Shown here: positions 24,176 through 41,252 of the stretch, in pieces
How the letters are laid out: each line of letters opens with the position of its first letter
Numbering within the stretch: position 1 is the stretch's first letter
Source: Paramecium tetraurelia
Lineage: Eukaryota
Direction: 5' to 3'
Length of the DNA stretch: 64,000 bases
Assembly: GCA_000165425.1 (NCBI GenBank)
Contig: CT868640.1
Span: 5,142-69,141, forward strand
Program-made: the position numbers and the translations under genes
The notes under the pieces: generated by a model
What the model saw: the letters and a program-made list of their open reading frames with translations, nothing else
Told to the model about the DNA's origin: nothing
Databases searched by the model: none

Positions 24176-27100
24176 TCATTCTCCAAGAAACAGGATTTTA
24201 CATGAATTGAAAGCATAGAAGAACATCTGGAATTCATCATATTGCATATTTAATTTACGTAATGATAATTCTTTTTACATATTGATCTAATAATATTTGA
24301 TATAACAAAATTACTTCGTCTGTTGCTCTTTATGATTAATTTGGCTTTGTGGTGGCTAATGTTTTGGCTGATTTCAGATCAATATTGAATTTATTTTTGA
24401 TTTCTTTTCTCCAATGAAGAGATTCAAATTATCCTTTTTAATCTAATAACGTTAAGAAGAATTGAATGCCCAAAATGAATCCATCGTCCTATGTTGATAT
24501 TAATAGATATTTACACTAATAAAGACTTCAGTAGTTGAGTTCTTCTTACCAATTTGATCTTTTGAAATTAACATTTTTTCAATGAAATTCAAAGTCAATG
24601 TAGGAACAATCAAATAAAACAGAGACAAATGTTCATTTTCTGGTGTATTAATACTTGAAAATGCCTTCAATAACAGGTTTATATAATCAATCTTCTCAGA
24701 AAAACTACTCTTATATTATGTAAATATCTCTTCCAATTCCTTTGCAGTACTTACTGTGGCATCTAGTATTGAATATCAAATACATATATTTACCACTAAA
24801 TCCAGCTTCTCTTGTCAAAGATTCTAATTGAGTAGGATTGTATTAACTTGGAACGTATTCTAAACATTTTGAATTAACATGTAAAGCTGCTGATCTCAAT
24901 AATCTAACAAATGCTAATGAATTTCCTATTTGTGTTATTAAAGTTCTGAATTTGTCAAGGTAATTTGTTCCATCATCAAATGTACCCATTTTCTTGATCT
25001 CTTTGTATAATGCCTCTGCTCTATCATAAGGATATTGACCATCCAATTCATCCTTCTTTTCCCTAAAAAATCTGTCTTCTCTGACCAACGGAGATTGAAT
25101 TAGATCATCAAATAAAAATTGTGAAAACATTTAAATTTTTCTAGGATTCACATATAATATTATACTTTTGTAAGAATTTATACACACTATTAACTGTTGT
25201 ACTCAGGATACCAATACCATGAGTTCTAATTGAATCTGCAATTTATTGAATACTAATTGAATAGACTTATTTACTCTCTGATGTTACCTATATTGATAAT
25301 ATAAACTTTATATACCTAAACAAATTATTGCTAATATAAATTGTATGTGTATTTAGTAAAGAATTGTTGGATATTCTTGAGAACATTGAGCACATCGAAG
25401 TTTCCTTAATCAACTGTTTAAGTTGGTAAATAAACATTAATTAAATTCAATCCAAATTTAGAATTTGCTAAACTTCTCATTTATTCATAGGTCTCTTGAT
25501 CATACATATTGAGAACATTGATATTATAGAATGTTTCATTGAGGATTTGATTGATCTCAGTTCTTAAATTCACAATTGAATCAAATATCAATACATAATC
25601 AATATCTAGTAATCTTTTCAAGTCTTTCACTTATTATTTGAATGGGTTTAAAGCTGTAATTTTTTCAATCAACACTGTATGCACTTAAATTCTTAGATAA
25701 TCCTCAATGTCTCTGGCCAATGGTTATAAGTATTGTGCATAAAACTCTTTAACAACATACTATCTAAATGAATCAAACAATTCATCAGGATTTTCTAAGT
25801 GCATACAATCTTTTAATTGGATTGAACAATCAGAAACAGCATTCAATAAAAATTAGAACCTTTTTGCTTATGATGGATTTTAATAGATGTATTAAAAGAA
25901 TGAAGGTAACAATTCTCTACACCAATAAAAGTAAGTGCTTGCTGTCACTTTTTTTACATAGAATGGTAATAAAATTAATTTATCAAGTTTCCAAAGAATA
26001 TTTCTAAAATCTTCCTTCTCTGAATTAGTGAATATATCCTTTGCAACCATGAAATCCATCAAATAATACATTGTCTATAATTTCAAAGGCGAAAGTGTGC
26101 TCTTGAGAATAGAATTCAAAATTTATAATGCTCCCAATATTTCAGCACCTCCAGTACCAAAACTCTTAATGTTTGCCTTCATCTTCTCTAATACTTATTA
26201 AATGATTCTCTGTCCATTTTTAGTTATATGATTTTAGATTAAGGCAGGTTAAAAGACATCATATTTTTATTCGAAATAATACTCTATTGCTTTTAGCATC
26301 TCCACAGCCAAAACAACATCCTTTGATAATGACATATCTAAAGATTGTTCTTCTAATCCAAAATGTCCTAATAACAATGCTTATAATAGATTCCTTGTTT
26401 GAGAAGCTATTGTCAATCCTTATAACACTAAAATTACTCTCTAATTCATTCTCTCTTCAATATACTTCTGTGCTCTTTCTCTATCAATCTTATCAATATT
26501 GTTAAAAGAAGCTTAACTACAAGAGAATGAGTCAACTCTAACAATCCAAGTTGTGAATGCAACATATTAAGCAGTTAATGAACTTTAAAATGAGGCTGAT
26601 AATCTTTATAGATAACCCTTAAAATTGGCAATAGGATCTTTTGGATCCATGGTTGCACTCTTTTTTGATAATGGAGTGACTTCCATGAGGAATTTACTCA
26701 AATAGCATAGAACTTGGGAGTGTCCATCTACCATTGGGACCTTCTTTTATAGAGACCAAAGGTTCTTCCATAGATCTCTATTTTCATCATTTTGATATAA
26801 TTATCTGACTAGAGCATAAACACAAAATGTTGGTAATAATAAATCTCTTTCGAACATTTCTTTAGCAGTTCCTAAGGTTTTATCAAATAATTCATATCTT
26901 TCTTTGAGGTATGTATTGAGAACATTGTAGAATTCTTTATTGTTTTTGATGGCAGGAATATTGGCATTTTTCTCTTTTCCTGTTTTTTCATGCACATTTT
27001 AATCCCAATTTTGTGCTAAAACTGATTAGAGACAAGATCCAGATAATACAGTCTTGTCTAATCTGATCATAATTTTTTCTAATTGTCTAACATTTTAGGC

Positions 27101-27926
27101 ATTAGAATTAAATTTAGTGGGATCTGGTTTCACAATTTTTATCATTCTCTTACAAAAATTCCAATGTTCTTATAAATAATCATTCTATTCTACAACATTG
27201 TCTAAGATGTAGAGCAGTTGCAATGCTCTTCCTATTGTATCTAATGGAAAGTTTAAGTTAAAGATTTTAATGATTTTAGAAATGGGATCCTTTTTATTGT
27301 AAAGTAAATTCAATTGATTGACCAAATGGGTGATGTAATTGATGAGTTTTTTAATTATGTCATATATTGCCTTGAATTAACCAAGCATTCTACATATCAT
27401 GATTTCAGCCTCACCATCAGTCAATTTTCTCTCTTCTTCTAAATGAAGATCTGCCAACTCTCCATAAATAGTCAGTTTATCAAGGAATTTATAGACACTA
27501 TAGAATAATAGTTGTTGATATACTTGATCTTCTATTTATCTAATTTAATTGTCGATGAAGACAAAGGATGCACTTATCTTATCAAAGACTTTGTTGTCTG
27601 ACTTCATGAAATCAAACAATCCCATATTCTTTTCATAAACCATGAAATGACTCTGAATGATGCTTTCATAATCTGGCGAAGTCAATGGGATTTAATAATC
27701 CTCTTCGAATGCTGAAAACTTGACTATGTGATTGTTGTACAACTCATTAAACTTTTAGAAGTACTCCTCATAGGGTTTAGCTGATAATAAATGATTAGTG
27801 ATTACATGCAGTTAACACCTCTTTTCCAAATAGACCATCATCTTCTAAATCAATATCTTCCTCTTCGTCAAAATAATTTTGTTTCTTCTGCTCCTCCTTT
27901 TGTTGCTGGAATCTATTTTTCTTCAT
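24176..27926 (-). CDS. WASHC4: WASH complex subunit 4 (SWIP/KIAA1033)
   Basis: LARDIEDYLRIQVH, IADSIRTHGIGILSTTVNSVYKFL, FSQFLFDDLIQSPLVREDRFFREKK...YPYDRAE...YLDKFRTLITQIGNSLAFVRLLRSAALH, DDGFILGIQFFLTLLDQ and FESLHW. Confidence 0.93.
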
Positions 27927-27960
27927 TGTATATTATTATTATATATAAATATTAATAATG

Positions 27961-30292
27961 TCAACCAATATATTGTACAAACTGATTATATCCCATTCTA
28001 TAATTCTTATTAAAATCATCGTAAATTAAATTTTGAAAGAAGACATCCTCCCAATAACTCTTACATCCTTACTTCACAATATACAATGGTGCATACTTAG
28101 TGTACTTATTGCTAAACACAATAACATTGAATGTTTACTTTCTCAACTCTGCAATTAGATAATGTAGTTTATCATTAATAATGTTTTTGGAATTGGAATA
28201 TAAATTATCCTCAATTAAATTGATACTACAATACTATTTCCCAAAGATGTCAGACATCTGGTTTTCATCATGTATTCTAGTTATTAAGGATTCATTACTT
28301 GCATATAAAAAGTATCAAACAATGACCACAATCCATAAGTAATAATCCCCCATTCGAAACCTCTTCCAAGACCAAAGAAATGGGTTATGGATATATGAAA
28401 TACCCACTGTCATCATAGATGCAATCCTGCTCTTGCAAATTGGAAATATTGTATAATTGAGGTACTAAGTAAGTAACCAATTCATCAACATTTAAATACT
28501 GGAAAATAGATCTGAAGTAATTCATACGATCTGTAAGAACTGACTATTGATCATAGGCATAGTTGAGTATAGAAGATTTCATGATTCCTAACATATAAGA
28601 ATTTAATGATTCAAGGGGTTCTTTGAAAATCTTACAATTATTAGATATTGATCTGGTTGCCGTAATTAAGAATTCTTTGGTTTGTATACAGTCTTTGACA
28701 TCTCTGGCAATATTTAATTGAGATAGAGCAATCTTATACAATGAGATTGCTAAACATGATTAATCAATTTAAGAGTAGATTGTCTTTATTGAATTACTAA
28801 TTGGAATACAAAAGTTATGAACTCGTATTCTTCTCTCCCCCTTGGTGGATGTGTAGAGTAGAGCAGTTTATAGATATAAATTATCATAAGGGGCTCTAGG
28901 TTGATTCAATTCTAGTTCATACATCAATACCTTTTGACTATTCTTTAATCATAAATACTTACTCTTCAGCACAAATTAAATTAAGCAGATCTGCATTCTT
29001 AATTGAATAATTCCCGTATATACTTTTGATTTTCCATCCAATCGATGTTCGAATTCTGAAGACTGATTCCCAAGTATACTCTTTATGTAAAATTGCACGT
29101 AAATCGTAATAAAATTTTTGAGCTTAAATTAATAAGGATAATTACCTTAAATGGTGGGATCATCATAATAAAAGATGTCACCATTCAAAAGTTTGACTAA
29201 TTGATTTAGAGTGGCAACATTATTGAACCCACAAGGTAGAACAAAGATTGATGGAGAAATGTAGTTCAAATGCATTTTTTCAGCTATTTACTTTAATACA
29301 TTATTAGTTGGTAAAAAGTGATTCTGAGGTGATTTAGCGTTATCAGTTAGATTCAACTCTTTGATAGGTGAGGAAGTCAAGATGATCAGCTTACCTCCGT
29401 TGTCTTACATGATATTTTAGGCCAACTTAAATGCTGATAAGAATTAAGTGCTCCTCAATTGTGGTTTAGGAAATAGATGATCTAATTGATTCAAAAAGGC
29501 CACAATAATATCTTTAGAATCCTATAAATCAAACAAGTAATTGCCTGGCATTGGCATTTCATTGTCATCAGTTAACACATACATTTATACTTATTTAAGT
29601 TTAGAACTGAAGTTGTACAAATGTATGCTAGTGTCAAATGTAATGAATCCAAACAATGTTCTTTCATTAAATTTATCCTCCAAAATCATATCTTTAATGA
29701 TCTATCCCATAATTCCTAGTAATTCTTAACTCTTCTGTGACACGTCAATCATAAAAAAATAAGCAGGGGCCATTGGTGGTCTGACCTAATACTCTTACCC
29801 TGCCTTAATATCATATGATCCAGTCGTCAAATCGGATCTCTTCTCTAAATCTACAGGCTTAAGGAGGTTGTTGGGTATTTTTATAATGCATGTACAAATA
29901 TTGCATCTCATGTACTCCTCTTCCTTCAATTGCTCCATAAAAGGATTGATGTAAGCTCTGCAATTCTGGCATCTCAATATTGGATTGTTTCCATAGTTTA
30001 CAGTAGGAAATCCTTATTCTATGGATTACCCATGAGGTTGTATTATGACAGCAAATGGAATTTTGGCATCCATATAAACTTATTTAGTTCTGGGAAACAC
30101 TCTGGATGTGCTCCTTATGGAATTAATTGAATTGTATTATTCACATGCCTCCAAATTCTTGAGAACATCAGAATCTTAATTATCGGAATTTTATTTTCCA
30201 TACTCCTAAGCCTACGGCTCTGGTTGCTATTATTATTATTGCAGAGAATCCAATCTGCCACTCTTCTCCAAAATTTTCCTATGAACACTCAT
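27961..30292 (-). CDS. SEC24: COPII coat subunit Sec24 family protein
   Basis: Zn finger ILRCQNCRAYINPF...RCNICT, YQVRPPMAPAYFFMIDVSQ (vWA trunk), WESVFRIRTSIGW, QICLIYTSSEGERRIR, and a C-terminal gelsolin-like region. Confidence 0.93.
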
Positions 30293-30316
30293 TTTATTAT
30301 TATTTATTAAATATAA

Positions 30317-30912
30317 ATGATTCACACACTCTATAGATGGATGCCACGATTCAGATTTGCATCAAAACTTGGATCATCCAATGTAGCTTCTGGTACTCAA
30401 ACATCAGCAACTCAATCGAATCCCATTCCTGTTTATTTAAGACCATATGAAGCCAAGAAGTACGAGGTACCATCGTCAAAAATCAAATTAACTACTGGAT
30501 ACAGTTTCCTTGATGTTGAGCCTATGCCAAGAGCAAAGATAATGAAATTATGCTACACTATACTTGATAAATTAAAGGCAGAAATCCCTGAAGGCGTTCT
30601 TTACAGAATATACACTGAGGAGAAATTAAAATATATTATGAGAATTACAGATGAAATTGAGGATATTAGATAACTTGAAGAGGAATTTGGTTTTGAACAA
30701 ATAGAATTTCTTATCTAATCACTTGCCAAAGAAGTTGACCTAGTTGATCAAATGAAGTATACTCACTTTTATAATCTTCTAGATATTACAAGCCTTGGGA
30801 GAAGACTCAAGAAGATAGCACCTTTGAATTGTTAAGACAACGACACCCTGCTTTGAAACATTAAAGAAACGAAAGACCACCAAGGGAATAAACTAAATTT
30901 ATTGGAAATTGA
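30317..30912 (+). CDS. NDUFA5: NADH:ubiquinone oxidoreductase subunit A5 (B13), with mitochondrial presequence
   Basis: KLTTGYSFLDVEPMPRAKIMKLCYTILDKLKAEIPEGVLYRIYTEE...QLEEEFGFEQIEFLIQSLAKEVDLVDQMK/YYKPWE. One intron at ~30757-30782. Confidence 0.88.
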
Positions 30913-30950
30913 TATTCACAATAATAATAACAATAATAAATATTATATTC

Positions 30951-31858
30951 ATGAGCTTACTAGAGGAGATCTAATAAGAAGTAAGATTCTTGTTTGTATC
31001 ATTTGTATAGATTACTAATTACTTTCCAAAACTTACCAATAAGTTACAAGAATTAGGACAATCAACAATAACAATTCAATAACCAAACACAGCTTTAAAA
31101 GGAATTCAAATAATCATTTCAGTCCTTGACGACTTATTTGGGTATGTTCTATTGATAAATCTCTAGAATTCTATTAGAAATACACACTTAATATGCCTAA
31201 TTAGAGGAATAATTATAAAAGTATGAAGGAGAGTGTAGATCTCATATAAGGGTATCAAACACTAAAATTACATTAGACAGAACAGAGACTCAAAATTCAT
31301 TGTGAAAACATTTAAGAACTCTACGAGTAGTAACTGAATATAGAGAAGGATCATAAAGCTTAAATCTTGGTATAAATGTTTACTCATGCATTCCTTAGAG
31401 TTATCAAAAGGAGATTACGTAACTGAAGAAAGATATTGAGGATAACAAACACTAGAAGAATCAGCAATTGCAACACAAAACTTAATCAATTATAGACAAA
31501 ATATTGTTGGATCAATAGAAATAAACCATTCAACTTGATATTAAATCCAGATCAAATACATTCCATAACAATTTTATGAATCTCAATTAATAAAAATAAT
31601 CTATGTGTCTTAAAACAAATACCAGAAAAAACAGAATGGCTACTGAATACTAAGATTATTAAACAAAGTAAATATTGTAAGTATACAACCAGTTCTAAAT
31701 AATCGATTGAAGAGAAACAATATTCATCTCTTGAGAAAATCTAGGAATTGGCAACCCTTTACTCTCGACCAAAATCTAGATTGTAAGATAATATAAACAA
31801 AAAATCTGTTACTTTGCATGTCGCTTAAATGAAAGTCAAATAAGTAAAAAAAACTTGA
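30951..31858 (+). CDS. Hypothetical coiled-coil protein
   Basis: MSLLEEIQQE/ITNYFPKLTNKLQEL..., with three apparent tiny introns and TGA at 31856-31858. Confidence 0.6.
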
Positions 31859-31881
31859 CACATACATTTATATATATTTTG

Positions 31882-34757
31882 TCATTTGCAATTTTACAAT
31901 TTATAGTTAGTCACCAAATATATCATATCTTCGAGAAATAATTTAGAGTATTTTTCTAAATCATAATTTGATTTTAATTCATCAGAAGATTAACTTCTTT
32001 TTAGCTATTTATGAAAACTAACATCAGGAAATTAATATGAATCAATTATTGTCGCTTCTGTTGATTTCTATATGATTATTGTCTTCTTCTTTTTAACTTT
32101 AATGGCACTCGATTATTTTAAAGGTTAAGCTGAACATTCTTTGGAATCTACTATTACCTCATCCATGAATTAATAATTATATTTTTCTAATCCACAAATC
32201 TATCCTAAATATGTTTTCCTGGGTAATCTTTGTAATCTTGTATTCTTTCCTTCATTCAATTTTCTTGATACCATAGTGGGAGCTCTTAACAATTTTGGTT
32301 TAACAGTAGGAGGAGAGGATAATTTCGTAATGGAGATTTGGTTACTCTCCTATTCTGAATGTTATTATTGTTGATCTTATGCTTTTTTTAATTTTGTTAG
32401 ATTCATTACTAATTTTGAAAATTTATTGCCAGCTTAATTATTGCCTAATGATTATCGTTGTTCCTTTTTATTTTGAAAGAGTTGTACAAATTTGCTTTTC
32501 AATTTGTTTTTCTTTTAAATTTCTTTCTATTGTCTAACATTCTCTGCATACAATTCAGCATTATAATTTTAGAGTCTTGCTATAGAATTTAGATTAGACA
32601 TGGGTGTAAAATTGGTGTATTCTTTGATTGAATCAGTTCTAAATGAATCTTTAATTCTCAATACACTTGGTTTAGTCTAATGAAAATTGATATACTTTTC
32701 AAGATTAAATGCTTCTTCAGTGATTTATTAGATTACTTATTAATTTCTTTTATTATTTAGATTTTTCAAAGTATTACATTTCTTTCTCTGCCTCCTTCTT
32801 TCATTAATAAATAACTTAATTTCTTCATTATATTTCTCTATGATAGTGATTCTATCATATTTATTTATAACATAATGTACATTGGGACAATGCTTGGCTG
32901 TATGATTAGGAGCTTAACATACATAACAAAATAAATTCAAATCTTCATAATCTTACTCAAACTCTATTTTGAATTTCAATTAAAAGAATTTCTCAATATC
33001 TTCTATTTCACATTGCTCCAAAAATGATTTTCTAGATAATCTAAATAAATTGATGAAATTTCTAGCTTTCACAGAAGCACATCTAGGGACATTCCCAAAA
33101 AATGATATCTCTCCAAAATACTATTTCTTACTCAACTCCACTAATTCATTGATTCCCTTAGACTTTGGAAAACACACAGATACTCTCCCATTCAAAATAA
33201 AGAATATAGATGTCTAATCGTTAATTGGGTCATTCTAATTGATAATCCAATCTTCTGGATTATAAACTAAATTACATAATAAAATACTTTCTTCTTGAAA
33301 TGTGAATGCCAACTTCTTTAATAATAAAGATGAAAAATTCTTACTCAAAAATTTGATTTAATTCATCATCTTACCATGTACAATTTGAGTTAATTGATTT
33401 TTTAATGGCAATGACAGCTTCTCAAGTGTGTCATGAGCATAACTCTTTTGTAATTGTTCATCTTCTATTAACCACTCCAAGTAATTCTTAATTCTTGATT
33501 GTAATTTCTTATTCACTTCCTTTTATTTCATATATCTACATCAATTAATTTATTTACTTAATGGCAGCAGTATTCTTATTTAATAGATCCTCCAATGATT
33601 CATTCATATTCTAAAACAATAATACAATCGAATTCATAACATAACCAAACACACCTGAAGCCAAAATCATAACAAAAATCCCAAATGATCTTTCTACTGT
33701 ATTCTTAGGCGAAATGTCCCCATATCCAATAGTAATCATTGTAGTTATGCTTTATTTCTTCTATAATATAAAATATACCTAAAATATATTCCAGCCACAT
33801 ACTAATTAAACCAAAAGTCTGGATCATTATCTTTCTCTTGATTAAAATTAATCACGTATTGAGTATACCAATTATTATCCGTCTCTTCAATAAACCTGAT
33901 GGCATTCCATATACAAGCCAACCAATGAGATAAACTCAAAATTATCAGGCAAATCTTAAAGAAAGATATAATTGATATGATCGTTTTATCCTAGAATAAG
34001 GTATCCTCTATTTAATTTATGATTTTCTTCAATTTCAAAGCTCTCATCAATCTAATCACCTTAATGAATCTAACAATCCTCATGATCTTTATGATCTGAG
34101 TATTCCGTTTCAACGACTATGAATTTGATTCGTCTATAAATAATGAAAGTACATCATCATATGGGAAAGATGATATTAAGTCTAACCAAAACCATAATTT
34201 TAAGTAATTTAATGCAATCTGCTTTCTCTGACTCACAAAAAAACCCCTACAAATATATTTACTCTTTAATACCCTTCATAATAACCAGTTTAAAATTACA
34301 TTAAAATGTCAATCAAGAAATAGTAGTCCATTATGTCATTAAAGATTGCGAAACCACCAGTTATTTCAAAACTAAAAGTCAAAATTAGTGGGATTGTTAT
34401 CATTTGAATAAATATAAATGACATTCCAATCAAATCCCATATAATCTTTTTGGGCTCTTCTGGTCTGATAATTTTAAACAGCAACAAAATAACCCACTTC
34501 TATTGCTAATTCGATTAATCTTCGTTGTGTTCTTCCAACCTTTTTAACTATTCTGCATCAATGTATTATTAATCTTTCAATAAAGTGATTTGCGTTTTCT
34601 TCTTATTATATTCTGTATCGTTTAGCTTTCCATATGATTAATCACCTAAATTAAATCGACTTCTACCTATCAATTGCAAACCTTCTCTTTATACTAAGTT
34701 TTCTATTGCACTATTTTAGCTAATCAAACTTTGGATTACATTTTATTTAATTTACAT
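31882..34757 (-). CDS. Voltage-gated K+ channel with cyclic-nucleotide-binding domain (EAG/CNG-like)
   Basis: S4 IIKIMRIVRFIKVIRLMRALKLKK, pore YFSITTMITIGYGDISP, CNBD YFGEISFFGNVPRCASVKA, and C-terminal CYVCQAPNHTAKHCP knuckle. Start may lie further upstream. Confidence 0.92.
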
Positions 34758-35044
34758 TTTATTTATTATAATATTCCTTATACTCACAAAACATCAATTC
34801 CTATTCGAACTTAGCAACCTCCCTTATTCATTAGATTTATAACAAAAATTAATTAATATTATCAAATTATTTGGATCCCTCCTCTCCGAAAATCAAATTT
34901 CCAATTACATTTATTATATATTATTATCCAATCAATCTTGCATTACAGAATCGTAATTTTGTTGTAAAGGTCCTAAATTTTATTATTGAATCTTACTTTT
35001 AAATGGATTACAATGAATCATTCTCCAAAAATGTCATATTCAAT

Positions 35045-36204
35045 TCATAGGTTGAAGCAACACTTAACAATTATTTGTTAATTGCAAATTAATTATATTT
35101 TTAAATTAAGTAGGTGATTACTTCATTTTACAATTTTCTAATTGAACAAGTCTCATTGTTGTTTTTATTCGCAATATAGTTTTCAATCATCTCGTAGCAG
35201 TATGGTAATTACTTTAAATAATCTTCTTCTGGCATTAGTTTATTACTTTTGGATATAGGTAATCCTAGATTTATGATGCCTTTGTTGCTCTTAATTTAAT
35301 CAATATTTTGATTTGAGTTCTCTATTATATAATCAAATACGATTGGACATAATTATTTAATCATGTGGATCTAGGAGCATATCAAAGATTGACTTTTATT
35401 CTAAGTACTCTACTTAGATTAAATCTCTTTGATTTCAATACAGCATATCCATTGTCCATTTTATTCATTAAATTCTATTTTTGGCTTAAGATCAAATTAT
35501 GTGATGATAGTATTAAATATATCTCTTATAGAACCTAATTTCTTTTTTTGAATTATTTTTAGTATTTAATTTTGTTCAGACTCACTCAATTCATTCCTAT
35601 GAGTAAAAGATGCAAGTTTCTTCTTGCTACTTGGTTTGTAGTGATTTTCATACATATCATTTACATAGACAATTTGAGTTTCTTCAATTTTGGCACTTTC
35701 CTCATTTGTTTTGGTATTCGATAGATCAATATTTTAGAACCTTTGCAACTAGTTTAATTGGAACTCTTAAAGAAAATTTAAGTAGTCACTCATGTTTTAA
35801 AATAAAAATAAGGATTGGAGTTATTGATGAGTTAATTGAAATATATTAGACCATAAATTCAACTATTAGAATAGAATGCTATCTAATTCAATTTATTATA
35901 TAATATTCTCTATCTATTATTAATCCGATAATTCATGTTCTAATATGGGGGATGTTAATTATCTTAGAAATAGTATAAACAATTATCTATTGTGTATAAA
36001 TTAGTTGATATAATGTTGGAGAATGGTATCTGGCAATAATAATTTATCTGATCTGTATCTCATCACTCTAACTTTATTGGCCATACTCAATGGATTGCTA
36101 TCATCCTTGAAACCTGATGGTTCATACTTAGATATTGTTGAAATCATAGGACTTTGTTATTGTTTCACAAGTAAGTGAATGTAAAGATCATATACTTTAC
36201 TCAT
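35045..36204 (-). CDS. Hypothetical protein
   Basis: Long ciliate-code ORF MSKVYDLYIHLLVKQQQSPMISTISKYEPSGFKDD... No recognised domain and 3' end approximate. Confidence 0.6.
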
Positions 36205-36259
36205 TTTCTAGTTACTTTAAATTATCTTAACTAAAATAAAATAAAGTATTAAAAATTAA

Positions 36260-37782
<1,523 letters not shown>

Positions 37783-38547
37783 TTTTAATAATTAACTATT
37801 TATAATTTATGTAAATTTATATATATATATATAAATTATGATAAATTTGAATTTCTTATTCATTGATATGATTTTCTATTTAATAAGATCTATATGATTT
37901 CTTAGGAAAGTTTCATCAAATTGAACAAATTGTAAACCTATCCTAAAATTCAAAATAAAGAGTTAAATAAGCACTAAAATAATTTCAATATAAAATATGA
38001 TTATTACATTCTTCTCTACTTGTTATTCCAATTAGACTAAAGTAAATATTTCTAAATATTGATGAATTCAAAATTCCTTACATTCACAGAAAACTTAATT
38101 TAAGATATCTTGAAAAAAAATTAGATTACAAAGTAATTTAATAAGATAATCGTAATTTAAAATTCATGATGATTAAATCAAGTGATCTTTTAGATAACTA
38201 TTCAAATAAATTTAAATATAATCATTAATTTATGAAACACTTGATTTGGATTTAATCGGAATTAGTTTTTGTTAAAAAATTATTCTTGTAATAATTTTAA
38301 GATAAAAAACTTTATTAACAGAATTATTTCTAAATATTGAGATAAAATAATAACAAGATTTCTATTTCCAAATATACTCAATCTACTTAAATTATATATT
38401 TATTCTTAGAATAGTAATCCAGAAATTTCTTGGATAACAACTGGATTTCTTATAATTTAATTCTTAATATAAAAAAAATTTCTGCCAAAATTGTAGATAC
38501 AATATTAAAAACTCAAGATTATAAAAAAAAGTAAAATTTAGAAATAT

Positions 38548-39797
38548 TCAACAAATACTTTAGAATGCAAATAATTCAGATATTTAATAACCATTATGAG
38601 ACCATTTCTAAATGAATTATATTGCTAAATTAACCATTGCAAAAATGACAAATCCAACTAATCCCCACATTATCAGTGACAACCTATCTCTTTTCTTTAA
38701 ATTATTAAAAATGTAGGAACTCGACAGATAGCATCCAACAACAGTCATTGTAAACAAGGAAAATGCTTAAAGAGTTCCCATATACCCTAGAATAATCACT
38801 TGTGCTGCGACTTAAAATGAACTCAGTAAAACATTAAATGATGATGTTCCTGTACTTTGGATTGTCGTGAATCCCATTCCCAAATACATTGGTATCAAAA
38901 TCATACCACCTCCTAGACCAAATCCATTGAATATACCAGCCTTAAACGAATCTCTTAAACATTCTTTTTTTAATGGTTTTAACTCTTCTTTTTAAAATCT
39001 ATCAAAAATGTATTCAAAATAATAATATAATACGACAACTAGACCTAATGTAATAATCCAATAAAAGAATCCACAATAAGATATACCAATAATTGATTCA
39101 ACATTTGGAGACCCCCTCAGAAAAAATCCTAGAAGCACGGTTACAACAATAACACCTATTGCTACAATTAGATCTATATTCTCTTTTAATGAAGCACCCT
39201 ATAAAGTTTATTCTTCTTATAATTTATTAAGAATAGGAATCTCCACTGAATTCTAAGTTAGTTTTCTTTAATTTTCATTTTTCCATTCTTTAAGAGCTGT
39301 TTTATAAAACTTTTAGCATGAAAGAAATAAAAAATATTGCAAAATAGATATTAAAAAGAATGCGGGAAGTATCTTATTAAGAATAAGCCCTACCATGCTC
39401 CCTATTATCATGGCTGGACATGCAACTATTGCACTTCTTATTTTCACTACTGGAGTTTTGGTTTAAGGATCCAATTGCTAAGCAAGATTAAGGAAATTTC
39501 CTAAAGCTGCACCAAAAATAGGTAAGAAGACTCCTAACAATGCTTCTTTCTATGAATAGTTAAAAAACATAGTCATCAAAGAAACTACTACTCCGCCTCC
39601 TCCAATCCCTAAAACATGCTGTTAATAATTGAAATACCTGCTAGGGATGCAAATCCTGTGAAAATGGCTATGCTAAGCATGCCTATCAATTCAGGAAAGG
39701 TTGGAGGAAAGAAGTTCTTATGAGTGCATATTCCGTCTATGCAATTATAGAGTGAAACACATTCTGATTAAAATGTACAAGGGTGATTATTAATCAT
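38548..39797 (-). CDS. TauE/SafE (DUF81) sulfite-exporter-family membrane protein
   Basis: Two glycine motifs, LGIGGGGVVVSLM and AGIFNGFGLGGGMILIPMYLGMG, plus CPAMIIGSMVGLILNKILP and STGTSSFNVLLSS. Confidence 0.88.
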
Positions 39798-39818
39798 TAA
39801 AATTATAATAATAAAAAA

Positions 39819-41195
<1,377 letters not shown>

Positions 41196-41252
41196 TTTGT
41201 TAATATTTTTTTAGATTACATTGATATTATACATAATAAAGTCATTGTATTT

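Noticed and set aside
37840..38540. Gene in AT-rich interval (also 13650-14880, 46950-47980 and 56830-57590)
   Set aside because: No convincing frame or motif found by eye; left unannotated.
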